From Paraspadella gotoi (lineage: Eukaryota > Animalia > Chaetognatha), in contig CM119265.1 in assembly GCA_051294375.1 (NCBI GenBank), positions 13,570,124 through 13,634,123 of the forward strand: a DNA stretch of 64,000 nucleotides, in the 5' to 3' direction. Shown in pieces: positions 26,950-40,945 of the stretch. Numbering within the stretch: the first letter of the stretch is position 1; every line of letters begins with the position of its first letter. The position numbers and the translations under genes are program-made. The notes under the pieces were generated by a model, which had not been told where the DNA came from, did not search any database, and worked only from the letters and a program-made list of their open reading frames with translations.

Positions 26950-27936
26950 GGTGGAGAGATTAGTCCGATCATAAAGAAGCTCAACTTGTAATCAGCGGAC
27001 CGAAACAACATCAAGAGGAATTTCTGCCGTGTTAAGAATGTTGCGCACTGCGTTTGCTCCAAACTCGCCGCGAGATGAACAACTCAAGCAAGTTTGGCAA
27101 GTGCCTAACGCAGAAGCGACGTAAATTGAAACAGAGATTTATGATGTTACTCGTTAGATGATCGCACAGGAAAAGAAGACGAGACGGGTTATTGGATGCG
27201 TTGAAGAAATCAAGTGGACACAAATTGAACAAAGGAGGGAATCGATCTGAGTAAATGGAACCGTTGAACTGGATCCGAATAAAGTCGAGATCGGAGAGAA
27301 ACCAGGCCGACCGCATCCAGTCTTGTGACCGGAATAGCCAAAAGAAAATTCTTGCCCGTTAGACAAGTTGTAATTTGTATTCGGCAGAAACGGATATCCT
27401 AAGTCCGCCGATGAACTGTTCGCTTCCCCTGCCCATCACACACGACTGCCAGGGCTCTCGCACTGGATAAAGCAGCTGCGGAAATGACTCCGACAAGAGT
27501 GATGCAGAGATCTCGGCGCCGATGCCAAGACTCCACACCTGTAGGCGGATCCGGAGGGACTTTGGCGTCCCCGTCGGAGGTCTTTCTCGTCCAAGTAACG
27601 CGTCGGTGCAGAGGGACCAGGCCGACTCCGGGAGGTGCGCCGCCAGCGTCAGGCAACGCCGCCCCCGGCGTCTCAGAGACGAGGATAAAGTTCCGGCGCC
27701 GAGAGATGTGGAAAACGGCGTGGATGGTGAGACGACGCGTGAGTGAAGCGAGGACTGACGGCGAGTGGCGATGCCAACGCCGCGGAGAAAGTCGTGGCGG
27801 AGACGTTAAGTTCTCCGTCGCCGCCTAAGAGGTCAGTGCCGAGGGATCCGCGGCATTGAACGCCAACGTCAACAGCGCCATTTTTGGGACTGAATGAGAC
27901 GCCGGTAACTGGGGGTTCTGGAGTGCGATAGTGGAT
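26950..27936 (-). other. Candidate coding exon, frameshifted and unidentified
   Basis: About 1 kb of GC-balanced, repeat-free sequence that begins at a good acceptor (atttatttttccAG at 27937-27950). Reading frames are broken, as expected from noisy consensus. No recognisable domain. Confidence 0.3.
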
Positions 27937-28019
27937 CTGGAAAAATAAATAAAAAAATTAGACAAAGTTACATTTATTGATTGTTATGGATTATCTTTTC
28001 TCTTGTTTTAAAAGAACTG

Positions 28020-28240
28020 GTGAAGAGGCTGGTTTTACAGGGCGCCACACTCCCGCAAGCGTGTCACCTCGTGGCGACAGCGAAGACGCGTGTTCATGTA
28101 GTCAGATCTTTGGATCTGGCAGGAGGCCCTTGCCTACAGGCGGGTTACCGGTCCATCCCACTTTCTACATAACCTCAAGGCTCGAACCAGCGACGCACAT
28201 TGGGATGGTGCTTGTGTTCGACTGAGCCATTGAGCGCTGC
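28020..28240 (-). mobile_element. tRNA-derived SINE-like element
   Basis: Minus-strand A-box TGGCTCAGTCG (28229-28219) and B-box GGTTCGAGCC (28188-28179). Shares the motif gggcg..cactc(t)cccgcaag with the copy at ~29250. Confidence 0.6.
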
Positions 28241-29139
28241 GCAAGAAACAGCTTTAATCATGCTGTGGCGATAAGGACCAGACCAGACTGGTATCTTTAA
28301 TGAAAAAAATTCATTCAGTTCATTTCAAGTTTTAACCATTAATTTGAAAAACATGTAACATTTTTTGTGACGAAAGATTTCCGAATCCCAACTGTTGAGT
28401 GCCCAAATTAATTTTTTTTGATAAATTTAAGGCTTGATCAAATTTTTTTTTTTAATCCGTTTTGAAAACGAAATTAGTGAGAATAAAGCTTTTAATTTTA
28501 ATTCCGGCTAACAGATGTGACGTACGCCAGATTTGATTGAGATTTGAAAACCTTTTAAAAAATATATTAAAATTTAATTAGTAAAAAGTCTTGAATTTTT
28601 TTTTCCCCAGTTTTTTTATCAGATTTTGGGAGTAAACATGCAGACTTTTTACGCTTAATGAGTTTTTAAGGTAAAAGGTTTTAGGTTTTCTCTTTTTTTA
28701 AAAACTCCCAATTTCTGTTCCTCTCATCCCTGAACTTTAATCTAACCCAATCTCTAACGCCTAATCCCCAACTCTGAATTCCATAATCCTAACTAATCTT
28801 TAATCCTAAGCCTAAACCCTAATATAAATCTTGCCCCTAGACTAAACCCAAGGCTTTAAGCTAAATTCGCTATCGGTTTTTTTTTTGAAATGAGGCCAAC
28901 TTTCAAAAAAATAGTTAAACACATTCGAAAGTCCTTTCCGACATGGCTATAGAATGGAATATTACAGTACTCGTTTAAAACAGTCTTTTTCCAACGTCGT
29001 GCCAAGATGAGAAGCACTTATGATAAATAAAAAAAAATCTCACTTTGAAGGAAGATATTATATCGCATGCACGAGCAAAGTCAGAACCGCAAGACACAAA
29101 GTTTCATTGCGCGCGTTCATGTATGTAACGGTAAATGTG

Positions 29140-29402
29140 AGATAAGGCGCTAAGTGGGCAGAAGATGACTTCCTATAAAACCCCCTCTGCAGACATGGAA
29201 CGGCGTAGAGGGTTTGCCACGCGCACCAAGGCGGCTTGACGGGCGTCCTCACTCTCCCGCAAGGGTTCGAGTACCGAGTTGGGATTGAACCCGGTATCTA
29301 GTGGTCATGAGCATGATGGCTTTACACAATGAAGCAGCCGGGATCACAGCTGAAAGAGTTATGATTATGAGGGCAGGGTGAACCTAGGCAATGCCCGACT
29401 AC
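29140..29402 (-). mobile_element. tRNA-derived SINE-like repeat, family copy 1
   Basis: Colinear with 49450-49700 (gcgctaagtgggc.gaagat, atggaacgg, caaggcgg, tggtcatgagc, gggtgaacct). Minus-strand B-box GGTTCAATCCC at 29291-29281. Confidence 0.68.
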
Positions 29403-32400
29403 AGGTAAACTGTTTTCATTGAAGGTTTTCACGATCTCTCCACTGACGATAGTCAGATATTGAATATATATTTGTTTTTATGCTTTACAGGCTAACTCTA
29501 ATTAATTATATTTAGTTTGACTTCCCGTCCATTTAATCTCCTAATGATTTTTTTGAAAAAAAAGAAATAGTCAATTACGTCGATCTTGTTTTTCTGCTCC
29601 TGATACCATAGAAAATGAACTGCACAAGTCATATGAATCGAAAAGAAACACACAAGTACATATTAAATCGAAATGCGTAGTGCAGTCCATACAGTTTTAA
29701 TAGTCCTGTCAATTCATCCAGTAATACAGTCCATTATAGTTCAGTTTCCTACCCTCTCTGTTCAATCTCTTAGTTGTTAGGGGTCTATTCTATTTTATCT
29801 TGTGTTGACCAGATGCTTATCAATTTCAGAATTAACTAATAAACTAACTAACAACTCTCAAAGATAAAAAATAGGAATATATGAATAAATATCAAATAAC
29901 AAAAAAAAGAAATAAAAAAAATTATTTTTGATATTATAAATCTAAGAAGATAAAATGAGAAAAAGTAATTTAACATTTTTTCATGCATGTGAATTCGAAA
30001 TCATTTAAGAAAGATTTGAGTGATCTAAAAATGTCACAGTACACAACTGTCAATAACTAAATTATAATTTGAGCAATTGGTATCTATTATATATCATTTT
30101 AAACTTTTTGTTATTTTTCACAAAAAATTAAATTCATCAAATTTGATAGATGTTTACAGTATAAAAGGTGATAGACAGACGTGGTCTATTACCCATCTCC
30201 TTCTCATTCACCTCCTCTCATCCTCTCCCAGGGATTCCGGGGCCGCGTTCAGAGAGATTCAGTTCACCTTTCTCTCTTCCTCCTAAGTGTCTCCCCTTTT
30301 TTACCCTAATAATTTTGTCGCCGTATAGATTTCTTGGACGTCAATATATATTTCCCGCATTCTCGCATTCCGCGGCCTATTTTGATTAGTGACAAGGTGA
30401 TTGCAAAAATTATCACAAAACAGAAACGTATATATAGTAAGTAAAACATACAAAAGTGGAATATATTAAAAAAGTAATTAAGACTTTTAAGCCAATCATT
30501 CATATGAGATAGGTATAATTGAGTGAATAAAGTGGGTAAAACTACCAAAAAACGACATAATTAACTGTTAAACCCTTCGCGGTTTTCAATATCTGTGAAT
30601 TTGTAAAGCTTCTTAAAATGATAAGTAGCTTCTTTGAAAACTTTTTACTCATCTTAATTTCTTTCTTTTCTTTTTACGCTTTACTTCCTTTTTCTTGCAC
30701 CTTTTTGGCGTCAGTGGCAGAGAGGGAAATTTAAATTTTCTTTAAAAAAAAAAAAAGATTTTTAGATTAGGCCCTGGGACGATTCAGTTTCTACTTTTTA
30801 TTATTCTTTTTCTTGTTTTTTTCTTCCACCGCTTTTCACTTTTTTATGGTACTAGAACATTTACTTGATGAAAAATAACTGGAAATAGGATTTAAATATT
30901 CATATTTTTATAGTATATATAAAAACTTATAATATATATATATACTTATAGTATACAAATAAATTGCTGTACTGAGTTAAGGGGGTGCAAAATTATCAAA
31001 AGGTGGCCCTCCCCGAAATAGTACAATAGGACAGAAATCTAGAAGAAAAAATAATGAAATTTATTAAATTAAATTTAAATCCAGCTAATCCACATTGTGA
31101 AAGCATCACGATGAATCCTCGAAACGGAACGACATTTTTGATCACAATTCAATCACGAAAATATTCCTCCTGCTCACCAGCGAACCCGACGTCGAAAGGA
31201 CTGGCCGCCCGAGCGACGAACTTCACTGACAAATTTTTTGCGGTCACAGCGAATTACATCCGGACCGCGGAAGCTGCTCTCAGCGTTATATCGATAAACT
31301 GAAGGCCGCCACCGACGACACCGGCGCCACCCCGGTCCGCGTCCCTCCGCGCCACCCGCCCCTTGCCCGAAATATTGACCCCCTCCCCAATTCACCCCCG
31401 CGATGAGATCGACGGCCAACTGGCAACTCCGTCCCTTCACTACATTTCAACTGGTTGATTCGATCATAACAAGAAATACAACGACGTCAGCACAATTTCT
31501 TTTTTTTTTATTTATTCCAGTCCCATTCTTTCTCGCCTTTCGATGCTGGTAAAGGTGAGGAGTGAGAACCATTTTTTTTAAAGGTTATGTTTTTTTTTCT
31601 AATAGGTTGTTGGACGGGAGGTGGGAAAAGAGTTGAAAATCGTGAGGGGGAAAAAAAGAGAATTCATTTCGACATTAATTTCGAGAGTTGACGTTGGAGG
31701 GTCAGGTTAAAAGGGAACGAGATTCCGGTTGCCTGTGTGATGTTCCAATCGTTACATAATCCATGTTCGATGACCTTTTTCATCAAATCGATTCGCAAGG
31801 TTATTTAAAGCCCAGGTTTCATTACTGCCACCAACTTGATCTGTCGAAACAAGCGCGACAAGATACAGTAATCCGTCTGTCCGTCGGTTTGGTAAATTGT
31901 ACGTGGTACTATTAACCGTATCATATTTAAAATACATGCAATTAAGTTTTTAACGATAAAGGAGAAGATACGGAAGAGCAGAAATTTTGTTGCGTTCTTT
32001 TGGTAAAAACAACGGATTAATAATAAAGTAAGTAATGTTTGAGAAAGGAGAAAAAGAGTGCCGAGAAAGAGAAAAACTAACAACGGGTGAAGGTTGTTGC
32101 CATCGGCAATTACAATTTAAGTGGATTCGAAAAATACAAGAACTGGGCCATAAAAACAAGAAACGAAACTATTGTGAGAAAAAAAGAAATTAAAGAAATT
32201 AAGCGAAAGCGAGTGAACAATTTAGCAAGCAAGCAGTAAGCAGAGTAAGAACGGAACCGAATAAGTAAACAAGCAAGCAAGCATGTCTACGAGAGAGTAA
32301 GAAAGGGAGAGAGCAAGCGAGCTTGCAAGCAAGAGATAAAGTGAAAAGCAAGCAAAGACAGAGTTGAGGCAGCGGTTTAAAGGAAAGAGAAACGAAATGC

Positions 32401-32929
32401 AAAGTCTCGAAATCGCGGATTTTGCTCTCATCGATTATATTTTTTTTTGTTTCGGAAAAAGAAATATTTTTTTTCTCATCTTCTTTGTTTCTTGAAATTC
32501 TGTTAAGAATAAAGAAAGAAAGACTCAATCAACATCCAAAGTCAAGCCGTTCTAAAAGGGGAAAGGAGGAAAGGAAAAAGGAGGAAGAGGAAAGAAGAAA
32601 AGTTAGAAATCAAAAAAAGCGAAGGGGAGTAAGAAATATAAAAAATAAAGGAAGAGGTAAAACAATTACATATCATATGATTCGAAATATAATATTTACG
32701 TATAATCATGTATAAAACATTTATGTACATCAATTAATAAAACTGGATGAGTCATATAAAATTTAAAATTATAAGTCATGAATAAATGTGAGATGAGTTT
32801 AACGTCGTGGTAATATAGCAAACGAAAAGAGATGAAACCATTAAGCAGTCACAGCTTATAATAAGTTCCTAAATCTAGCGGTTTATACCACCTTCGTTTC
32901 TATCAATTGAAAAGAGAGGAAACCTGATA

Positions 32930-33560
32930 TAGGCGCACATACATGGTGACAATTTTAAACCCGCCATTAAAAAAAGCTACCATTTGCAAACTAGTGCTTA
33001 TTTCATTGATTTTAAAAGTTATTTGAGTAAAAAATACTAAAGTTATTTATGTGTATAGATTTCATATTGATCAGTTTAGATATGCCTTGACAATGAGTGA
33101 AGAAAGTTGACTTCAAAAATGGGCTATAATTTTTTAACTCATTCTTTTTAAATTCAATTTTTTAACTTTTAGGATTTTTTATAAAAATTTTTTTTTAAAT
33201 ATTATCAATATTAATATTTTCTGCAAGTCTTTAAAGAATTCTAATTCTTCTCTTTTGCTTTCCCTCACCTTATCAATTTTACTATTTTATTATTTCACTC
33301 TATCTTAGTTAATAATTATTTCTAAAACTGTGTTTCTGATTAATTATTTATTTATTACACATTGTTGTTAATCTTATTCACATTTCAAGTTTAACAAAAA
33401 TTTTTTTATTACTCATACATTATATAAATGTATTAGATAAAATTTCTCCAAATTTTCACATTTCACTTCTTTTCACAATTTTATTCACTCTATTTTTTAC
33501 TGAACCTGTCCTCACCTCTGATCACTGTCCTTTCCCTCAATTCTTTTGTGGCACTTTAAC

Positions 33561-33620
<60 letters not shown>

Positions 33621-33876
33621 TCTTTAAAAAAATATTTGACAAATTTGTTAAATCAATTTCTCTCTTGATCAATAGAGTCGAAACTGTTCGTGAATAATAA
33701 TAAAACTCGTTGTATAAAGAAACAAAAACTCTTCTACTTTGTAACAAAATTCGATAAAACAACGAAAGAAAGGAAAGTTACCCAATATTTAACTTTGAAA
33801 AAATGTTTACGCGTTTGCAAAAGGCAGCTTTTTTTAGCGTCCGGTTTAAAATTGTCACCATGTAATGCATACGCAT
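32930..33876. mobile_element. Non-autonomous DNA transposon (MITE-like) with ~60-bp imperfect terminal inverted repeats
   Basis: 32930-32991 (..tacatggtgacaattttaaacc..aaaaaaagctacc.tttgcaaac) is the reverse complement of 33813-33876. The interior is AT-rich and non-coding. Confidence 0.72.
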
Positions 33877-36757
33877 AAGGCTTCATGAATAAAAGAGTAC
33901 AGGCAGGAGTTTCCGCAAGAAGAAAAATGTTTCATAGCGGAGGTAAATCTTCTTTTTTTTCTTTTTTTTTCTCATTTCCTTTTTTCTTTTTTCGAGATAT
34001 TCAGTCGCACAATTAATTCTTACATTATCATTTTCATTATCAGCTCACATGAAGATGATAATAACCCCTAATTTTGGACTGAGTTCATTTTTTTTCGTTT
34101 GAAGCTTATTAATTTCATATTCTGAATTAATTAAAGTAATCTTCTGAAGGGTGAACCGACCGATCGACGTAGCGCTACATATATAACACGCCCCGAATGA
34201 AAATCTCTATGCAGCACGCCCGATTTGAAATTCGATTTTAAAATTACAACCAAAAAAAAAAAGAGAAAAAAAAATAGACGTGAGAAAAAAAGCAGGTGAT
34301 GCGGCAAAATCGAGGATAGAAATAAAGATGGCGCGAGTGTTGAAAGAAGAGGAGGAGGAGGAAGAGGGAAGGAGGAGGAGAGAAGCCGAGAATGAAAAAG
34401 ATGGGAGTAGGGAAGGAAGAATATTATAAATATTAAGGGAAAGGAGGGAAGGGTGGAGGGAAAGGTAGTTTGGAGGGGGAAACGAGGAAAAAAAAATGGA
34501 AGTCTAAACCGGATATGGTAAAAACGAGTCAAAAATTCCGGGATTGTTGTCATTATCACATTATGACAACATCATTGTCTTTATTGTTTACAATCACCTC
34601 CCTGACTTTAATATCTTCATTGCTTTTATTTTTTTTCAGGTCACTGAGGCTTTCGTACTAGACTTTTAAAATGCATGATTATCGCATCACTGAGTGAAAA
34701 CCTGACTCGCTTAAAATGCAGGTAACTCTAAACGTTTTTTTTTAATTTTTTTTTTCTGGAACCAGAAAAACTGGAGTCTGAGACTCAGAGAAGCAAACGA
34801 AGCGAAAAAGTCAATAAAGACTCGGCGTGGCCAGACCCGGTCGACGTGAAGGAAGAGGAGGAATGGAAGAGCAAAGAAGAGGAGAACGCATCTATGAATA
34901 AATAAATGAACGATGGGGACGAAAGGAAAAGAATGGGAATGCTAGAAGGATAACAAGAAAAGAAAAGAGATGGATGTATCAATGCGGTGAATTAATGAAA
35001 GAATTTCGGGTAAAAAAAATTTTAAAAAAATTAATTGCATTAAAATAATTCGAGGATTGCCGATCCCGCTGTCGCCATTTTATCGCTTTTTAGGTTAAGA
35101 GGATGTTTTGACTGGCGAAATGTTTCAGAAGTACGAATTTCATATCTCGAATCAAAAGGTCGTTTTCTCGAATTAAAATGACATTCTTAAAGCACAATTC
35201 TACTTACTGACAGTGAATGACAAGAGATAAAAAAAGGAAAAGAAACGCATTCAAACGAAATCAAGGAGAAAGGGAATATTGAGATTTTGCGAAATAAATC
35301 TTGAAAAACATTCATCATCACAGAGAGAGGATAAAAAATAAGTGGCTGATTCAGAGCATCGTATCAAACTATAATAGTCCTCACCATTGAATTTATTATA
35401 ATTTAGCGAAATCTTTTGTTTCTTTAACGACAAAATATTTTGTCGTCATGCCGCGAGGAGACGCAACGCTCAAACAAGGCAAAACAAGAGAACAGCTTTA
35501 GATCCTTGTTCTGCGGTTGAAAAAGTATCGTTGTACTGTGAAGTATAGTTTTTGTTTAGTTATAGTGACATAGCATCAGTATGCAACGTATAATATATTA
35601 TAAATATATATATATATAAGGAAATAAAAAAGACATAAAGGAACATCAAACTACATCTATCAGGCCTATAACAATCTAGTATTAAAATAAGCCCGTCATA
35701 AATAATATCAGTACTGAAAGTGAAACTAGCAATGAAATAAATCAGACCTAAAATAATTATAATTGGAAATCAAAGCAAAAAAAATTGTATTTCATCGATT
35801 AGACTTTCAGTCAAGGTCAGCAAATAAAAAAACCGACGAAGGTTTAAACTTAATCATGCTAGAAACCCTATAAGTATAACGTCACAAACATAACCAATCT
35901 AATTACCATATTACTTCTGATGATAATATTATTGCCAATGATATTCAATGAGAAAAACAATGTAAAGATTATAATATTGTTTTTGATTCTTATACAGACA
36001 ACGACGAATGTAAAAAAAAATTTATATTCATCATTGTCTGGATAATTTTTATTGTTCTTTTATTTATTATTTAAACATTTATTCATTATTTAATATTATA
36101 AAAAAAATTTATTGTAAGATTGACTGGATATTTTTATAAAACAAATAAATACCTTAATTTTCACACTTTTTAAGATGTTCTGCGGCTAATGAATTTTTTT
36201 TTATTTCTTTTTGTATGGCCTTTTTAAGTTAAATTAACATTGTTTAACTGATTTTAAGATGATCATCTCTCTCTCTCTCTCTCTCTCTCTGTCTCCTTCT
36301 CTCTCTCTCTTTCTCAGGCCGCCATATTGTTTTCTCCCGTTTATTTTCCTCTAAATCCACTTTTTCATGTTTTTCCTCTTTGGGTGAAGACTGAAGAGAA
36401 TCAACGACGAAAATCTTATCGTGGGAATCAGAATTCAGATTTGATCAAAAAACCGAAGATGAAATTCGAGAAACAAAATAGGGATGAGGATGATCATCGG
36501 ATGTGACTCGAAGTTGTCAGAGAAAAAAAAACTCCATTGTATTGCATTTTCCGTTTAAAAACCATTTGAAAAAAACCGTAAATATTTTGGCAAGACCAAA
36601 AAGAGAAAAAGTTTATAAACGGAAAAAGTCATAATTTGGCTACAAAATGTTTAAATAAATCTGTAACACTGATTTTAACCAGTTATTAATTAAACCAGTG
36701 GAGTCGCTCGTCGAGGTTCTTAATTCCGCTCCACGATTATGAAATTTTCATAATAAA

Positions 36758-36797
<40 letters not shown>

Positions 36798-37162
36798 AAT
36801 AAATTAATTCTGTATTAATCAGATTTGTAGATTTTTTTTATCAGATTCGGTTTCAGTGATGCTGAGTTGTTTGCCTACAAATTTGACCCATAAAAAAACT
36901 TGATATATCGAAGCGAGAAAATAAATGATTGAGAGGGAGAGAGAGAGAGAGAAAGAGAGACAGAGAGAGAGAGAGAGAAAGACAGGACGAGAGAGAGTGA
37001 TAGGGGGAGAGGGAATGAGATGGAGTCGCTTGTTTACCCACGATTTTCCTCTTCAAAAATTCTAAGCGACTTTTTAAGGATATAATGAATGGTTTTAAAA
37101 ATGAAGCGAGGTTCTGTTGGGAGAGATAGTGGGAAAAAACCTAGAGTGAGAGTCGGGAGAAC

Positions 37163-37228
<66 letters not shown>

Positions 37229-37540
37229 TCTGAAGGGTTTAATAGGAGGAAACATTGAAAATAACAAAGAGAGCCAATGACATCCTCCAGTTTTACACCC
37301 GCTTAACGAAAAGAGAAAAGTATCGAGATTCGTTAACAAAAAACGTTTCAATTTACAGCGAGATATTGGCGACTTATCGGCGTGAAAGGGCCGAGTCGAT
37401 ATGAAAAACACTTTAAGAAGTTGGTTGACTTCCTTACGGCCGAGAAAAAGTCTACCAGAGCTTTGTAAAAAAGTCAAGCTGTCTTAGTCTAAGCTAAAAG
37501 AATGTCTTTATCTCGGAAACGTAAATTATGTTCTCGTCGT

Positions 37541-37597
<57 letters not shown>

Positions 37598-40500
37598 TTC
37601 TCTCAGCCGAGCCATTATTCTCTTCATTCTTCTCCTCCGGGGGAGGGTTCAACATTTGCAAGGAATTCAAAACACAGCAGATTGGCGACGACGTCAGTAC
37701 AGTCAGTCGATGTCAGGGTGGTTATGAAGGATGAATATGAAAAAAAAGTGGAGAAAAGAGAGAAAAAAGGGGAAAAAATGAATAAAAGGATGAGATAAGA
37801 AGAGAAGGAAAAAAAATCAAAGAAAAAAAAGTTAAAAAGGAAATTGGAAAATTGAATCAACGACGGCTGAAGGAGAAAGACGAGAGATTGTAACCGTAAG
37901 AAATCTAAAAGAAAGAAATCTAAAAAAAAATTCAAGTCGGAGAGCGAAGCAATCATAATAATGAAATTAAAAGAATATATAAAAATCTAGGGAATGGAAA
38001 AAAGACAACCAAGTTAATAACAACTCGAAATCGAAGAAATAAAGAAAATGTTTTTTCCCCATCGTTGGACTTTTCCCCGATTACGATATATCGACTAAAT
38101 TGCAATGGTGAAACTTATTTCGCTTAAATATTTGGCAAACTCACCGATTCGAAGTCATGCTGGCAGACGATTCGATCGTTCATTCGGCTCACAGAATCAC
38201 CGCGTTCGTCCAATTCCTTCGAGACTTTTGACTTTCTCGTGATTTCAAAGTCTTTCGAGGGACGAGCACGAGGAGAGACTTCGTTTTAGGCAGCGCGTTC
38301 ACCGTGCGGGCGTGGGGAGAGTTAATTTCTTTGGTTTAATAGGCATAATCATTTTGAGGTACGAAGAGGAAGAGGAGAAAACCTTTTCCCACCGAAGAGA
38401 GATTTTTGTAAAAACGACGCAAAAAAATTCTATAGATGTGTCACGTGACGTCGGATATATTGACAGACAGAAGCGAAAAAAAAGGCAGATTTTGAACGAG
38501 GACGACAGACTGAAAAAGCGATGGTAATATGTACGAAGCCTTAGAGAAGTAAAAACTATTTAATTAAGATGACGGGAATTCGTTGTTGTTGTTTTTTTTT
38601 TCAACAGTACAAACGCGGTTCAGACGCCATTTTGAAAAAGATCGAAATGGGAGATTAAATTTTGTCGTGGTTGTAGAGCAGATTGCGTAGAGAAGCGGAA
38701 GTAAAGAAAAAACTTTTTTTTAACGAAACGTATTATGAAATTGGTACATACAATATAAAAATTATCCATTCATCCTTTCAACTTTGTAATTGCTTTATTT
38801 TTAAGAGTATAACGCGTTCCGATGAGCGAAAGATATAATCGTACAATCGCTCGACTTTGTTGATGTTTTCGTCGTTATTCGCCTTAAGTTAAGGCTTAAC
38901 TCATGGATTCAGGTGATTCGAGGAGCACCGGGGCGGGGACGGCGGGATCCATCTCACGGTCGATCGAAGAGAATTAAGTAGACGACGATGGGCGGGCGGC
39001 GGCATGAGTCTCGCGTTGAGCGAGGGATTTGCGAAATTATCGAAACAAGATATAATTGATTAATAGATTGATTAATGATTAATAGATTGATTATATCGTA
39101 GTTTTACTTGGGCGAATTTTTGATGTACGTAGGTATTCACTGAATTTAGCTGTCGCTCGTCACTGAAAAAAGGGATTGTGGATTTGGTGATTCCCTCGAG
39201 AAAGTCTACGTTTAATCTTAATCGAAAACACGGCGCCCCCCTCTTCAGTGGTCATGGCGCCATCGATCTGAAAACCCCCCGCGCGCCGTTTTTCCGCCCA
39301 CGGCACGCCCGTCTTCTGCGTCTTTGGCCCCCGGAAGCCCGGCGTTGTTATCTCCCAAGAAGGCGCCTCGTTAGATCCGCCTAGTCACCACGTTAATGCC
39401 TCCCCCGGCGACGTTTCGTTCACGCGAGAACGACGCCGCTTTTTGCGCCCACGCCACGCCCCGATATCTCGCGCCGATATGTGACGCGAATGAGATAAAT
39501 TCCTCACCTTTTTTGTTTGGGAAGGGGGGTGTGGGGGGAAGGAAGGAAAGGGGAAAGTCAGTATCCTGGGTCAGGGTGATTTTTTTGTCCTTCAGTATCA
39601 ACACAGAGGATGTTCACAGAGGATGTTCACGGGCAAAGGTTGAGGAGGAAAACATCGGGGAAAGAGAGAGTGAAGGAAACAGTGAAATGGTGATGGCGCT
39701 GAAATTGTTTCGTTGCTTGTCATTTAACTGACGCCAGTTCTTTGAGATTAAATCATACATCGCGCTCACCCTTCATCTAGCTTCTGTCAGTATTTTTTTT
39801 TTTTTAAATTTGTCGTCGGTGTCGTCGTCGTCCCCGTTGGTCTTTTTAGATTGGTTTTTCAAAATGTCATTTTTGTTGCGAGCGAATTTTTTTTTTTTTT
39901 ACTCCCGTCTTCCAACGAACGTCAGCTTTTTAACGAGTCACGCTGCCTTCGTGCGTCGCATAATCTTCTTTTTTTTTCCTTTTTATATTTTTTTAAGTTT
40001 TTTTTTAACGCATCGCTCTTTTTTTTTTCAAATAAATTTTCTTTAGACTCGGGGAAAGTAATTTATGGTCGTTTCTTCTTATCCAATTACCATTATTCTT
40101 TTCCGTAAAACTACCATTTTAAACTGTTTTTTTTTTTACTCTCCTATTTTTAATTTCTGTTCCATTAAAAAACTTTCAATCTCTGCATTCCAGAGTCTAC
40201 AATTGTTGAGAGATAGATTTTTTTCCTCCCAATTCTTTTTTTTTTTTGTTTTTTCAAAAGTCTTTTCTCATATTTTGAATTCAGTTCCCTAAAGCAGCTC
40301 CATCTACTTCACGTTTGCTTTTTTCATATTTTTTTTCAGGAAAAGAAGGAAGTGCTGCGGTTGATAACCCGATCGCCTCTGTTTTTAAATCGGTTCGACT
40401 CTTTAGAAAGTTTCCGATTGTCAAAGATCCGAGCTCGTTCAACTTTCTTTTTTTAAATCTTTAATGTTTTTTTTTTTTCGTGAAAAAGTTTTGTTTTTGG

Positions 40501-40842
40501 TTTTGACTTGGTTGCCGTGTTATTTTGTTTTTTGGTTTTTCTTTTCTTTTTTTTTTTTTTGTGAAAGACGTTTAGTTGCGATTTAAAAACGAAAACGAAA
40601 ACTTACATTTCTTTGTTTCTCTGAAAAAAAAAATAATGTCATTTCAATCAAGGTTGTGTAGAAAACAAATATGATAAAGCTTGATTTACTTTTTTTTAAA
40701 CGAAAAAATAAAAACTGGTTATGAGGCAACGGAAAGAGTTATATGGTCTTACGCTCAAGGCGTTCATTACGAGTTTGATCTTCCTTTTCTTACTATTTAA
40801 ATCGATTTTCCACACAGTAGTTGCGTCGCATGCGCGGAAAAA

Positions 40843-40901
<59 letters not shown>

Positions 40902-40913
40902 AGAGGAAGAGAG

Positions 40914-40945
<32 letters not shown>

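Noticed and set aside
28735-28855. Telomere-like CCCTAA variants (also 50125-50167)
   Set aside because: Short, degenerate and interstitial; more consistent with transposon-internal simple repeats than with a telomere.
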